A stretch of 64,000 nt of DNA from Bugula neritina. Lineage: Eukaryota > Animalia > Bryozoa. A program made the position numbers and the translations under genes. Below, one piece after another: positions 1 to 10,782 of the stretch; the first letter of the stretch is position 1; every line of letters starts with the position of its first letter. The stretch is from the NCBI GenBank assembly GCA_964035545.1, contig OZ037769.1:13484633-13548632 (forward strand), given 5' to 3'. A model generated the notes under the pieces. That model saw nothing but the letters and a program-made list of their open reading frames with translations, did no database searches and was not told the DNA's origin.

Positions 1-527
1 TAGTGCTGCGGCAAGTGTACTTTTAGTCTGCGGTGGGTCGTGAATCGCTGCTGGCAGAGGTTGCATTCACGATTACTCTCACCTCCTTGATGGGTCCTGA
101 TTTCTCTCTCTGTGGCAGGGGTAATCCAGTTGGAGGTTGCTTCCAACTGGGGTGGCAGTTGCCTGGTTGTAGAAGTTGTTGGGGCCGGCTCTGGGTCCCA
201 CGCCATCTCTAGAGAAGGCATGCCCGGAGAGACGGGCGCGAGTGTGTCTACAAAAGTAGAATTATTGTTAGATCGCGGTGGATCTTTACAACATAATTCT
301 AGTGACTGTCGACCGTTGCTAGCCTGAGAGTCACAGCTTTTGGAATGCACTCGAGGAACTGATGAATCATGTGTGGACTGACCAAGAACAGTGTCTAGCT
401 CCAGGTCTAACAGACCATCGGCCATTACAGTGTCTTCATCGTCATTCACATGAAACGTGGTTCCCAGTAATTCTGATTCAATCTGCTGAATTAGTTCAGA
501 ATTTACTGGCATCGAGCCCGTTTCCAT
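1..527 (-). CDS. Extra ORF downstream of pol in Gypsy 1, with a C2H2 zinc finger (partial, open at window edge)
   Basis: ATG at 527, then 175 stop-free codons to the window edge: METGSMPVNSELIQQIESELLG...ECNLCQQRFTTHRRLKVHLPQH, matching C-x2-C-x3-F-x5-L-x2-H-x3-H. Confidence 0.75.
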   Translation of the reverse strand, partial: METGSMPVNSELIQQIESELLGTTFHVNDDEDTVMADGLLDLELDTVLGQSTHDSSVPRVHSKSCDSQASNGRQSLELCCKDPPRSNNNSTFVDTLAPVSPGMPSLEMAWDPEPAPTTSTTRQLPPQLEATSNWITPATEREIRTHQGGESNRECNLCQQRFTTHRRLKVHLPQH

Positions 528-2815
528 GAATAGGAATACAAGACTTATACTGGCTTACCTGGGAACTCGGTATTAATGTCCATACTCAACGTTCTTGGTA
601 AGGTTGGAGCTGGTTGTGAGATACGTCTGCCTTTGGCGATGTCAGCATAAGAAAAGGCTGAGCATCGTTTCTGAGGCACGAGGTCGGAACTATTTGCTTT
701 ACGCGCATTAATTCCTCCCACTATTCCGCCCTCGCAAAAGTTGATATTTGCGTGGGGTTCACAACTCCAACATTTTATCGTACGGTTTTCCCCTAGACTT
801 TCATGTGCGCCGCTTCTAATGCAGTCACATACGAAGTCTTTCAAATACGGTGGGGGTTTCCTCGTACGCTGTCCCCTTTCTAGGGGGGGTGACACGCTTG
901 CCGGTTCGTTAGTAGGGGCCTCTAATGGCGTCTCTACTTCACCGCTAGCGGTCACCTCTTCTTGTTCTCCGGATGGAGCCCCTCCCTCCGTGGGGGTTTG
1001 CACTTCCGGAACCGGCTCGGTTTCTGGAAGTGATGGAATTAGACTTGGCGGTGGCGGACACGCTTCTGTTAACAAAAGCTGCCGCTCCTCTCTCACCAAG
1101 TTTTCCTCCCGCGGTATGACCACTTCGTATTCAGGTCCATGCCGCCGTCGCCCGCGCGTCGTTGTCTGCCTCCTGGGCTCTAACAACGGGGGGGGGCTTC
1201 TCCCACTCCGTCAGGGCTAGCCCAATACGGTTTCAAGCGAGACTCATTCTGGATAGACACCTGTCCTGAGCGCTCAATCTTGTACGTATGATTGGGCATA
1301 GCCTCGACGACCACGTAGGGGCCTACGAACTTAGGCTTCAGTTTATCAGCCTGTCCGCGACGCCTACGGTAATTGACCATCCACACCTTATCTCCCGTTT
1401 GATAGAGAGGTGGTTCATCGGAATCTTCGTGCCGCACCTTCCACTGCTGTTGACGCAGTATATCGTGTGCGGCCTTCATCCGTTCCACTAGTTCACTGGC
1501 ATACTCGTGAACCGAGTTGTCCTGCTCTGGAACGTGATAGGTGAGATGGTCAGGGACACGAGTCTCCCTCCCGAGCATCAAGAGGTTTGGGGTCTCACCA
1601 GTACTGGTGTGTGGGGTGCTACGGTATGCACGCATGACTTGCGGCAACACCGTATCCCATTCCTCTTGACCTCGTCCAAGGAGGAGACTCCGGAGTGCAT
1701 CACCTAGCATCCGGTTGTTGCGCTCCACCACCCCGTTACCTTGAGGGTGGTAGGGGGTGGTCCTGCTCTGATTTACTCCCCAGAGGCGGCAAAGGTCGCT
1801 CATCAGTTGAGACTGGAATTGAGCGCCTTGATCAGAGTGTATCTGTTCGGGAAGCCCAAAATAACAGAATACATGTTGGTCTAGTGCCCTGGCCACTGTT
1901 GGGGCTGATGCATCTGGGATAGCCAGAGCATCCGCCCACCTAGTAAAGTGGTCGGTTAGTACTAGGATCCAATTATTGCCTCTGGGGGTCAGGGGCATGG
2001 GTCCGACCAGGTCTACAGCGACTACTTGCCAGGGCCTACCAGCGTATAGCCTCCGCCGTCCTGCTTCACCAGGGGGGCGGCTATGCTTACTGGCCTGGCA
2101 GATCTCACACTGTTTGACTCTAAGCCGGACGTCACGCTCCATCTGCGGCCAATACCACCGGAGTCGTAATTTGGATATCACTCGCTTGACCCCTGCGTGG
2201 GCCTGCTTGTGAGTATCCCAAATCAACTCACGGCGGATGGCTGTGGGGCAGACTACCCTCTTCCTTTCCGGGTGTCTGCCGCTGGCAGCTAGAGAGATGG
2301 TTAGCAACCCATCCTGCCCGATCCGCAGCGAGTCCCAACGCTGACAGTATAGCCGGAACTCGGCGCATCCCTGTCGTATGCGTTCCTCGCTGGGTCGTCG
2401 CCCTTCCCTTTTGGCCCGGTATATGTCTGCCACGACTCCAGGCAGCTCTTCTTGGAGCTTCTTCAGCTCTCGAACATTACCGGCCAGTACAGGGTTGGCG
2501 CGGAGGTTTTGTACATCCTCCGGGGACTCATCAACTCTTTGCCTGAGTTGACCTTGATCCCAGTCAAACGGTGCTCCGTGATGAGCCAGCGTCTCCAACT
2601 CGCATCGTGGGGGACCTCCATCCCTCCTCTCGATGTTGAGACACTGTTTGCAACCTCCGTCAGGTCGGCGACTCAACCCATCCGCATTGCTGTGTCTCTT
2701 GCCCGGCCGGTGTTCGATCCGGTACGAGAATTCAGCTAGGATTTCGAGCCACCGGGCGACCTGACTAGAGGGCTCTGCTCTCCTGCACAACCAGATCAGC
2801 GAGGCATGATCCGTA

Positions 2816-2901
2816 CGCAGCCGGAACTTCCTGCCATATAGGTATGGTCTGAAGTGCTCGCAGCCGGAACTTCCTGCCATATAGGTATGGTCTGAAGTGC
2901 T
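2816..2901. repeat. 43-bp perfect tandem duplication that frameshifts RNase H
   Basis: cgcagccggaacttcctgccatataggtatggtctgaagtgct occurs at 2816-2858 and again at 2859-2901. Confidence 0.97.
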
Positions 2902-5163
2902 TCACTGACTTGATTACTGCCAGCAGCTCCTTGCGGGTAGTGCAGTAATTTCGTTCAGCGGGAGAGAGAGACTTGCTGTAGTAGGCTACTACTACCTCTC
3001 GGCCTTCCTGCACTTGTGACAGCACAGCGCCAACATTCTGGTCACTGGCGTCCATGTCTAGGATGTACTCCAGAGTGGGGTCTGGGTAGGCCAAGATGGG
3101 CGCCGTTAGGAGGCAGCCCTTGAGGCGGTCGAACGCTTCTTGTTCGACTGGAGTCCACTGCCACGTCACTCCCTTTGCGGTAAGCCGGTTTAACGGCTGG
3201 GCTATGCCCGCAAAGTCTGGTATGTATTGCCTGTAATACCCTACCAGCCCCAAGAAAGCCCGGAGTCCGGTCAAGTCTTGGGGGGTGACCCAGTCTTCTA
3301 CTGCCCGTACCTTTTCGGGATCCGTTGCCACGCCGTTTCGACCGACAACGTGCCCCAGGTACTTGACCTCCGGCTGCAACAGAGCGCACTTGGAAGGTTT
3401 GAGCTTAAGACCGGCACCTCGGAGTCTCTCGAAAACCTCCTGCAGACGACTGACATGTGTCTCGAAGTCTGGAGAGATTACGATGACATCATCGAGGTAG
3501 ACCAGCAGTGTCTTCCAATGGAGTCCGCTAAGGACTTGTTCCATCAGCCTCTGGAAGGTGGCTGGGGCGGAGGTTAACCCGAAGGGCAGCACCTTCCACT
3601 TCCACAAACCGTCCCGTGTGATAAACGCCGCTTTCTCTTGGGCGTCGGGACTCAGAGGAACCTGCCAATAGCCGCTTAGCAAGTCTAACGTACTGAAGTA
3701 CTTGCTGCCGGCTAGGGCGTCCAATGACTCGTCAATACGAGGTAGAGGGTAGGCGTCCTGTATGGTTATGCTATTGAGTTTGCGGTAGTCCACACAGAAC
3801 CGCCAACTGCCGTCTTTCTTCCGGACCAGTACGACTGGCGAGCTCCACGCACTATGGGCGGGCTCTATCAGTCCCCGGTCCAGAAGATCCCGTACTTGTC
3901 GGCTAACCTCCTTCTCTTTCTCCGGCCCCAGCCTGCGCGTGGGCTGCCGGACAGGGACTGTCCCTGCAGTCAGCGGTATTTCGTGTCTGACAATTCCAGT
4001 CAGTCCCACGTCATGCTCTCCGCTGCTGAACACATCACCGTAGTCGCGTAGTAACTTGGCCATAGCTTGGCGTTCTCTGTTACTCGCGCAGCCGCCACTG
4101 GCTGTTTCGTATAACTCCCGGAGATGTGTTGGGACTGCCCCTCGTCCCTGAATAGGGTGTCGAGGGGGTGCCTCCGTCGCGTCACCCAGCGACGGGCCCA
4201 CGTCCTCTTCCTGGACGGAATGGAACCGGCCTAGCATTGACCCAGCTGGGAGCTCAATGGGCTCGGTAAAGGGGTTGACGCACTGCACTAAGACCTCCCC
4301 TCGCTCAGTTAGTCGGTTTAAACTACTGGCGAGTTGGATCTTTTCGTGCGCGCTTTCAACGACCCCGAGCCTGGCTATCCGGTTGCTGTTCACTCGGCAG
4401 TGGATAGTAGCTCTGGAGCGTCCGGGTATGGTGCAGTTTCGAACTACCTGAACACCGCCCACCAGAGGACGCCCAAACTTATCCACACAGGCGAGTTCTC
4501 GCCCGCCCATCAGCACCACCGACTTACTAAAATCTATTCGGCACTGGTGTTGCTTCAAGAAGGGCATTCCGAGGATAGCATCTTCCTCCAGTTGAACTAT
4601 GATAAAGGTCTCCTGTACAGCCTGATCTCGGACACGCCCAGGGAGCTCGATAATACCATAAAAGGGGATACATGACCCGTCTGCCAGGGTGCCATGTTCT
4701 CCAGTATACGGTCGTACTCTATCCCTGTCCCGGCGGGGCAGTGCCTCAAAGACTCTACGGCTGAGAAGGTTGGTAGTACAACCGGAGTCGAGCAGGAAAG
4801 TGACGGCGTTGCCGGCCACCTTTCCGGGTAGGAAATAGCTCTCCCCATGTGGTTGTACTTTCACCCCCCCCGCATGTGCTGTCCTGGTTTGACAGGACGG
4901 CGGGGGTTTCACCCGTGGTTTACGGGGCTTCCGGCGGCGAGGTTGGTGCCGGCGGGGTTTGGGCCTCTCCACTGGGCCTTCTGGCTCCATTTCAGTGGCG
5001 GGCTCCTCCTCCCGAGGTAACCGGTGAAACCGGTTAGCGAGTGGCAGGGAGAAGGTACTGGGCCGTTGTGCGGGCCTACTAGTCCTGCGTGGTACCTGCC
5101 ACTCGGGTGGAATGTTCCGCCGTGTCCGTACGGACAGACGACGGCGTGTTCCACCATACTCCT

Positions 5164-6030
5164 TTAGTTGCGGCCCGCGGGGAGGGAGAGTGTCCGCGGG
5201 CCGTGACAGTTTAACGCCCCCTGGTATTGGGGTCGTCCTTTCTGTCCCTGGTCCTGATCAGCGCTACTCCAGCCCTGCCCCACAGGTGTTGGGGGCATCC
5301 GCAAGGCCTGACCGGGGCCAGCACCGGCCAGAATGGTTACCAATTGTCCCAGCATCTCTACCATACGGTCCACTTCGGCTTCCAGCGGGAGGGCTTCGGA
5401 GCCTGTCGTAGCCCTGGCAGCGCTGACTCTAACTACTGGTGGGTTCCTTTGTGCTCGATGCATTTGGGTAGCCAACAGGTAAGCTTCTCCAGCCTTCAGG
5501 GCATCCTCTATTCTGGTTATCCCTTTAGCTCGTAGGTGATGGTCTAGGCCCAGGTCGTTTAGGGACTGGACAAAGGCGTCATAGGTGTAACGCTCTTGGT
5601 GTTGTGCTGGTAGATCGCTATATGCAATCTGCGCCAGCTTCTTCACCGTCGCGGCATGTTCTTGCAGCGAGGTCCGCGGGGTGCGGCACAATCTCTCTAG
5701 CTTGGTCCTAGCGTCTATGACGGAGGTGCCAAAACGGGCCCGCAGCGCAGCCAGTATGCCGTCTACGTCCGTTCCCACTCCGTACGGCTTGGCTTGCTCC
5801 GTCACCGCTCTCCGCAATTGAATAAGGGCCACTCTATGCGGCCATTGAGCAACTTCCATTACCTCTCTAAATTCTTGTATAAATTGTTCGACATCTTCCG
5901 ACCCAGTAAAGGTGGGAGCTTTCAAGCAATGTCTATAAGCTTCTTCTCCTTCACGATTCACAGGATTAACAGCATTTCTACGCTCACCTTCTACTGGGGG
6001 TGGTTGCATTCTAGCATGTTCAGTCTCCAT
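5164..6030 (-). CDS. gag: Gypsy 1 gag (288 aa, no CCHC knuckle)
   Basis: Follows the PBS directly. PTFTGSEDVEQFIQEF and ALRARFG are shared with the Gypsy 2 gag. Confidence 0.9.
   Translation of the reverse strand: METEHARMQPPPVEGERRNAVNPVNREGEEAYRHCLKAPTFTGSEDVEQFIQEFREVMEVAQWPHRVALIQLRRAVTEQAKPYGVGTDVDGILAALRARFGTSVIDARTKLERLCRTPRTSLQEHAATVKKLAQIAYSDLPAQHQERYTYDAFVQSLNDLGLDHHLRAKGITRIEDALKAGEAYLLATQMHRAQRNPPVVRVSAARATTGSEALPLEAEVDRMVEMLGQLVTILAGAGPGQALRMPPTPVGQGWSSADQDQGQKGRPQYQGALNCHGPRTLSLPAGRN
5171..5215 (-). promoter_or_regulatory. -1 programmed ribosomal frameshift signal (G UUA AAC plus 10-bp stem)
   Basis: Slippery site at 5215-5209 in the gag frame, 5-nt spacer, perfect stem CGGCCCGCGG/CCGCGGGCCG. 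The -1 frame is open into pol (MEPEGP...). Confidence 0.8.
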
Positions 6031-6044
6031 CTTTGATATACACT

Positions 6045-6062
6045 ATCCCACCGCTGCCACCA
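6045..6062 (-). promoter_or_regulatory. Primer binding site, tRNA-Leu
   Basis: TGGTGGCAGCGGTGGGAT, 1 nt from the LTR end; complementary to the 3' end of eukaryotic tRNA-Leu. Confidence 0.88.
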
Positions 6063-6063
6063 C

Positions 6064-6366
6064 TGTTATAGTTTTCAGATTTAGGGTTGATGTGCCACCA
6101 AGAGAGTCTATTTATCACTAGAGAAACTTCACCAGTCAAGTCGAGTAGATATCGTTATATTTAATACAAGAATGCATAATAAAATCCAATGTACAACAGT
6201 AATGATACGCACGTCTATTTAATTTACAGCACTATCCTCAACTGAGCTAGTAGCGCGAAGCTGCTACTACTCACATAAAACAGCCTAGCTAATTGGCTAA
6301 TACATTGTTCCGGGTCAATACGCAACCTTGCGTATTGTGTTGCTGGTAGCTCCACGAGCCACCACA
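6064..6366 (-). repeat. 5' LTR of Gypsy 1 (~303 bp)
   Basis: Minus strand reads TGTGGTGG...TATAACA next to the PBS. The outer boundary is inferred from the TG dinucleotide and a composition change; the partner LTR is not in the window. Confidence 0.7.
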
Positions 6367-6717
6367 CTATTACTATTAGTAATACTTACTAAACTTAAAG
6401 TTAGCAATAGCCTATTACTATTAGTAATAGTATCGATTTGAACTTGTATTAAATTTAATTATTATATAACTATTGGTATTACTATTAGTATTAGCATTAG
6501 TATAAGTAATACCATTGATAGTAGTAATAATACTAATAGTAATAATAATACTAATAATAATAGTAATGACGTGTTGCTGTATACTGCTACTGCAAAACAT
6601 TTGGTTCAACTTTTTAAAATGAAGCTAGCAAAATTAATTGAGTTGAAAATGAATAATATCCTCCTGACTACAGTGAAGTACTTTTTATTTGGCTTACTAG
6701 GTATTTATTTTTTGTAG

Positions 6718-7372
6718 ACTAACATTCTATCAGCAGAAGAATGGTGTAAATGTAACAAATGTCAGGTTCAGCAAACTAAAGAGCAGTCAGTATGCTGTCA
6801 TAACTGTGATGAGGCATTTACTAAGCTCGATTTCAATAATGGTGTCAAGTGTATCACAGATCACCCTGGTGTATTTGAACTGACACGACCAACAGTTCTT
6901 GAAGTCACATACAACAGCTATTTACGTTATCATGGTTAGTTAGCTTATATTAAAATTAGAATATCAATCTTTAATGTAAAGTAGGATCTATGCTGTAAGT
7001 TTACATATAAAAAGAAAATAAAGATAACCAAAACTTAGCTACACAGTACACCATAGCATTTCTTTTTGAGTATATGCACCAAAATAAGTAATTTTTCCTA
7101 TATATCCACCATAAAATTATGTCATTACAATAATTATTGTTTTAGATGATGCATTCGGTAACACAAGACACTCGATGAATTCTAAAAGACGATTTTGTAG
7201 TTATAGAGCACTAGTTTTCTGGCTTTTCCCAAACCTTCATAGAAGGCAAAGAAAACCACTGCCAGCTTGCCTGTATGACTGGGTGCAAGCGTCTTTTCCA
7301 CCTACAGATGATGAAGAACAATTTGGTGATTGGGAATTTTCTAAGTTTGTTTACAATGAAGAGAGATTGTAG
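6718..7372 (+). CDS. KolX / P2X7 C-terminal ballast (nanor-like) Cys-rich protein; exons 6718-6934 and 7146-7372, 5' exon not found
   Basis: Spliced translation (GT-AG, phase 1): WCKCNKCQVQQTKEQSVCC...CITDHPG...RFCSYRALVFWLFPNLHRRQRKPLPACLYDWVQASFP. This matches the WCxCxxC..CC..CIT.H / R..LP.C....FP ballast motifs. Confidence 0.82.
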
Positions 7373-10154
7373 GCCATAACTATTTTAAATTTAGAAAATA
7401 TTTTGTGAAAAACAATGTCGGGTTTTCTTGTAATCAAGAATAGTCTTAGTTTTAATAGATCAGTTTAATATATTGTAGACAAACTTTTTACAAGCGTTTC
7501 AATTTTTTCTACCTACAAAATTGTCTAACTGACTAATTGAGAATACAAAACCATGCTCCAGATATACCCTAAACTGACCATCAATGTTAGAATGAGTTGG
7601 AGATGTAGAACAAATGGCAGTTAATGTTTTTCTGTGCTGTTTGAACTTTTTACTCCAGAACACTACATTAAACAAACATGTGTAAATATATGACAATTTA
7701 CAAACAATAATAATAAAAATTCAATTGATAAATCCAATATTTAGTTTCTTTTGTAATGCTTCTATCTCCTTTTTGTGGTGTGTTAACCTATAGGCCTATA
7801 TAGCAGAGACATATTTTATATCAGGCAAATCTGAATAAAAGAATAATCTTAAATGATACTCGAGTTTTTTTTTTGTAAAATTCAAAGAAAACACTTTCTA
7901 CTAAGTAGAACACTTGCCATTTCTCTCCTCACGATGCCTCTACTGCTAACTTTGGATGTCTCTATTACAACAGTTCTATCTATTTGTGGTTCTGTTGACG
8001 CTAACGTAGGAATATATATGGCCGGAAGTTTAGGCTGATCTGCATTATTCAGGTAGTTTTCCAATCGTAGCATTAGATCATCAACATGTCCTAAAATAAT
8101 GAACATTTTGTGAAAAAAATATTTGAGTTGGTTGTATTTAAGCCAACTTTGCAAAGTTTTCTTACTGTATGTTGGTGGCACTCGTAACTTGGTGGCTACA
8201 GGTTGTAATTTGGAGTGTTTAGACCGGCTAATGGAATACATAGCTTCTCCCGCCTTTGAAACTCTATATGGCCTATTCACATTTTCATTGTGATACATCA
8301 CAGCTAATTGGTACCTAAAGTTTAGAACATGGTCTCAACAATTTTATAATGAAAAGTACCATCATAACACTTTCACGTGCAGTACATAACCTTTTGTTAC
8401 CTAGAAGACATTTCTTGATATGTGTATCCAGTCATTTTTGGAGCATAGTGGTTTATTTTAGCATGAAATGCTTCCAGCTCACTTGTGTTCTGTTTTCCTG
8501 CTCTTTTTATATCATTTATAATTCTAGAGCTGAGCAGTATTTCTCTTAATGTGATCTCGCATGGACTACCTAATAGACATAACAAAAAGAGAAATTTCAT
8601 ACAAGTTTTAGGCTGCTTATGCTATAAACTACAGGCACTTAAAATAAGCCAAGCATGCAATGTGATACTTAAGGTTAGCACCTTGTACAATCCAAGCTTT
8701 AGTAGATGGTTTCGTGATTGCATTTCGTATGATCATTTGTTATATGGCTCAGTAGAAGCCGCCATTTCTCCTCTCGATCACTCTCCTCCTCAGAAGACCA
8801 AACACATCAATATAGATGGTTACAAATGGATTTGATCCATGGAGCAATCGCTCGGTATTTCGCTGTTCGAGTTTTCTCTGCTAATCTGTTTTTTAACCCT
8901 ATGATTTAGAATGCATTATCAAACAATTATTATTACCATAGTTTTACTTCCCATAACATGATGTAAACAACAGTAATCAATAGTGACAATCTGGTGCACC
9001 TTTGCTTATATGCCATGTGTCAAAGTAGTGCTTTACTTCTGGCCATTGCTGTCGAACATATTTGGTTACGCCTGTGTGTCTATCAGTTGTTAAAGAAGAC
9101 ACCTTTATCTGATGCAGGGCCAACTCATCCCTGCAGCGTTTGAGACCTTCCAACTCCATGGCATTTGAGCTGCTCACTTCTGTGCTCTTTAAAATAACCA
9201 AGAAATTAAAATATCCATACACATACAATAGCAAAAAAGTTGCAATATACATTGGCCTAACCTTGACCAGTTTTGATGAAACTATACGATGATTTTTAAG
9301 TTCCATCAAAATTGTTATGCCATAAAGTGCACTGTGCCCTGGGGAATCACATCTTCCATCACCAGCAATATCTACTTTCCCTTCCATCAAAACTTCGCTA
9401 AAAAGCCCTTTCTGCTTTATCTCGTATTCTTCTTTCACAACCTTTCAGTTTAGAATACCATTTAATACATAGTTTCAAACATTGATATCACCAGTTTAGC
9501 TATACTTTTGTAAAGAAAAAACTATGCCAGTTGGCTGGTATAGTACTTACTATACTATTGCTAATATTTTAGGTAACGTAGTCATCCATCTTGTAAAATA
9601 TTCACATACCCCATGCAGATACTTCCTCTGATGTGTGATAAATGTTCTGTAAGCTGGAACTGCAATGTTGATGCTGGAAAGCATTCTTAAACACTTGGTA
9701 CCATTACCACCAGCAAACAAAGTTGCAGCTGAAATGAAGTTGTTGATAGAATAATTCCGACTAATTTTTGGAGCTGAAGCCCACGCCAACTCATGACCAT
9801 ATGTCAAACATACAACTTGAAATTCTACATGTGCTCCTTCCCTTTTGTGTGTGCTGTATGTGGTCTCCTCCCTGCAACATGTACAAGATCTCAACAGTAG
9901 GTGTAAACAGCTCATTGAAACAATAATCTTTCTTTCCTTGTATACATTGTCAAACGATCTATAAGTTTTAAAAAAATTTAAACAGCTCAAATAGCACTAT
10001 ATATTATTCAATGAAAACGGCACACTTGTATTTTGCAATAAAACGCTAATTTGAAATTAGTTTCATACACTATAGGTCAGCAAGAATAACTTTGTTCATT
10101 GCAACCGATTATCATGCAACCTTCTACAACCGCTAGAATCAATCTCTGTAATAG

Positions 10155-10732
10155 TGTAATGGATTCTCATCCTCTATTGTTCTGAAATAACTGCGTGCAT
10201 CAGTGTACTATAAATACTGTTGCGTATCGTTCTTAATGCTGTAATTATAGTTAAGTAAGCTAGCTTGCTAATGCCTAAGTATGGTGATTACTGTTAAGCT
10301 TTCAGCATAATGTAATTTTACTGAAATACGCATTCTGAAGTTATGTAATATCTCTTTTACTAATGGTGCTTTTCTTTTACTAATGTTGCTTTCTTTTGTG
10401 TGTGTCCTTGGTTGCTGAGATCGGCATTTCGGTCTTCCGAAATGCCGATATGCCGAAAATCGACGTTTCGGCATTTCGGAGTCCCGAAGTGCCGATATTC
10501 GGCATTTCGGAACCCCGATCTCGGCAACAAAGGAATGTCTTTGTCTCGCTTGTATATAAAAGCCAGCGAGTTCCAGTGTAGTTCAGACTACTACTGGAGC
10601 TCGCTGGTAGTAGGACCACATAAGCTGTATCTGATGCAAATAAAGTTATCTTTCATTCGTACTCAAATACTTGGCTTATTCTCTCTAGAGCATGTAGGCA
10701 CTAGTTGCATTCAAAACCCACAGTTTACTACA
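10155..10732 (+). repeat. 5' LTR of Gypsy 2
   Basis: Matches 16801-17378 with about 3 substitutions seen. TATA (TATATAAAA) at ~10553 and AATAAA at 10639. Confidence 0.98.
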
Positions 10733-10733
10733 T

Positions 10734-10751
10734 TGGTGGCAGCAGTGGGAT
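10734..10751 (+). promoter_or_regulatory. Primer binding site, tRNA-Leu
   Basis: TGGTGGCAGCAGTGGGAT, one mismatch from the Gypsy 1 PBS. Confidence 0.85.
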
Positions 10752-10782
10752 TTATGAATAACTAGTTGCCGAGCGGCACACA

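Larger units (their letters stand above)
545..5215 (-). pseudogene. pol: Gypsy 1 pol (PR-RT-RH-IN plus long C-terminal tail), frameshifted
   Basis: ORFs 2765..4990, 1180..2880 and 545..1186 join into one pol. It is broken by a 43-bp tandem duplication in RNase H and by a G9 run at 1188-1196. The tail carries the RxRKPPxYLxDF motif. Confidence 0.93.
1..6366 (-). mobile_element. Ty3/Gypsy LTR retrotransposon 1 (5' LTR, PBS, gag, pol, extra ORF); 3' end outside window
   Basis: On the minus strand: LTR (TG..CA), tRNA-Leu PBS, gag, then PR (LLDSG), RT (YLDD), RNase H (DAS...ELLA...TDH) and IN (HHCC, D-D35-E, GPY). PR-RT-RH-IN is the Gypsy order. Confidence 0.97.

Noticed and set aside
1188-1196. 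G9 run as a programmed frameshift in the integrase tail
   Set aside because: The homologous region in Gypsy 2 is in frame; homopolymer slippage or sequencing error is more likely.
6421-6609. Ile/Thr/Asn-rich ORFs (also 19031..19306)
   Set aside because: Low-complexity AT-rich intronic sequence.
10268-10765. ORFs within the LTRs, duplicated at 16914-17402
   Set aside because: They result from the GC-rich inverted-repeat array; their duplication only reflects LTR identity.
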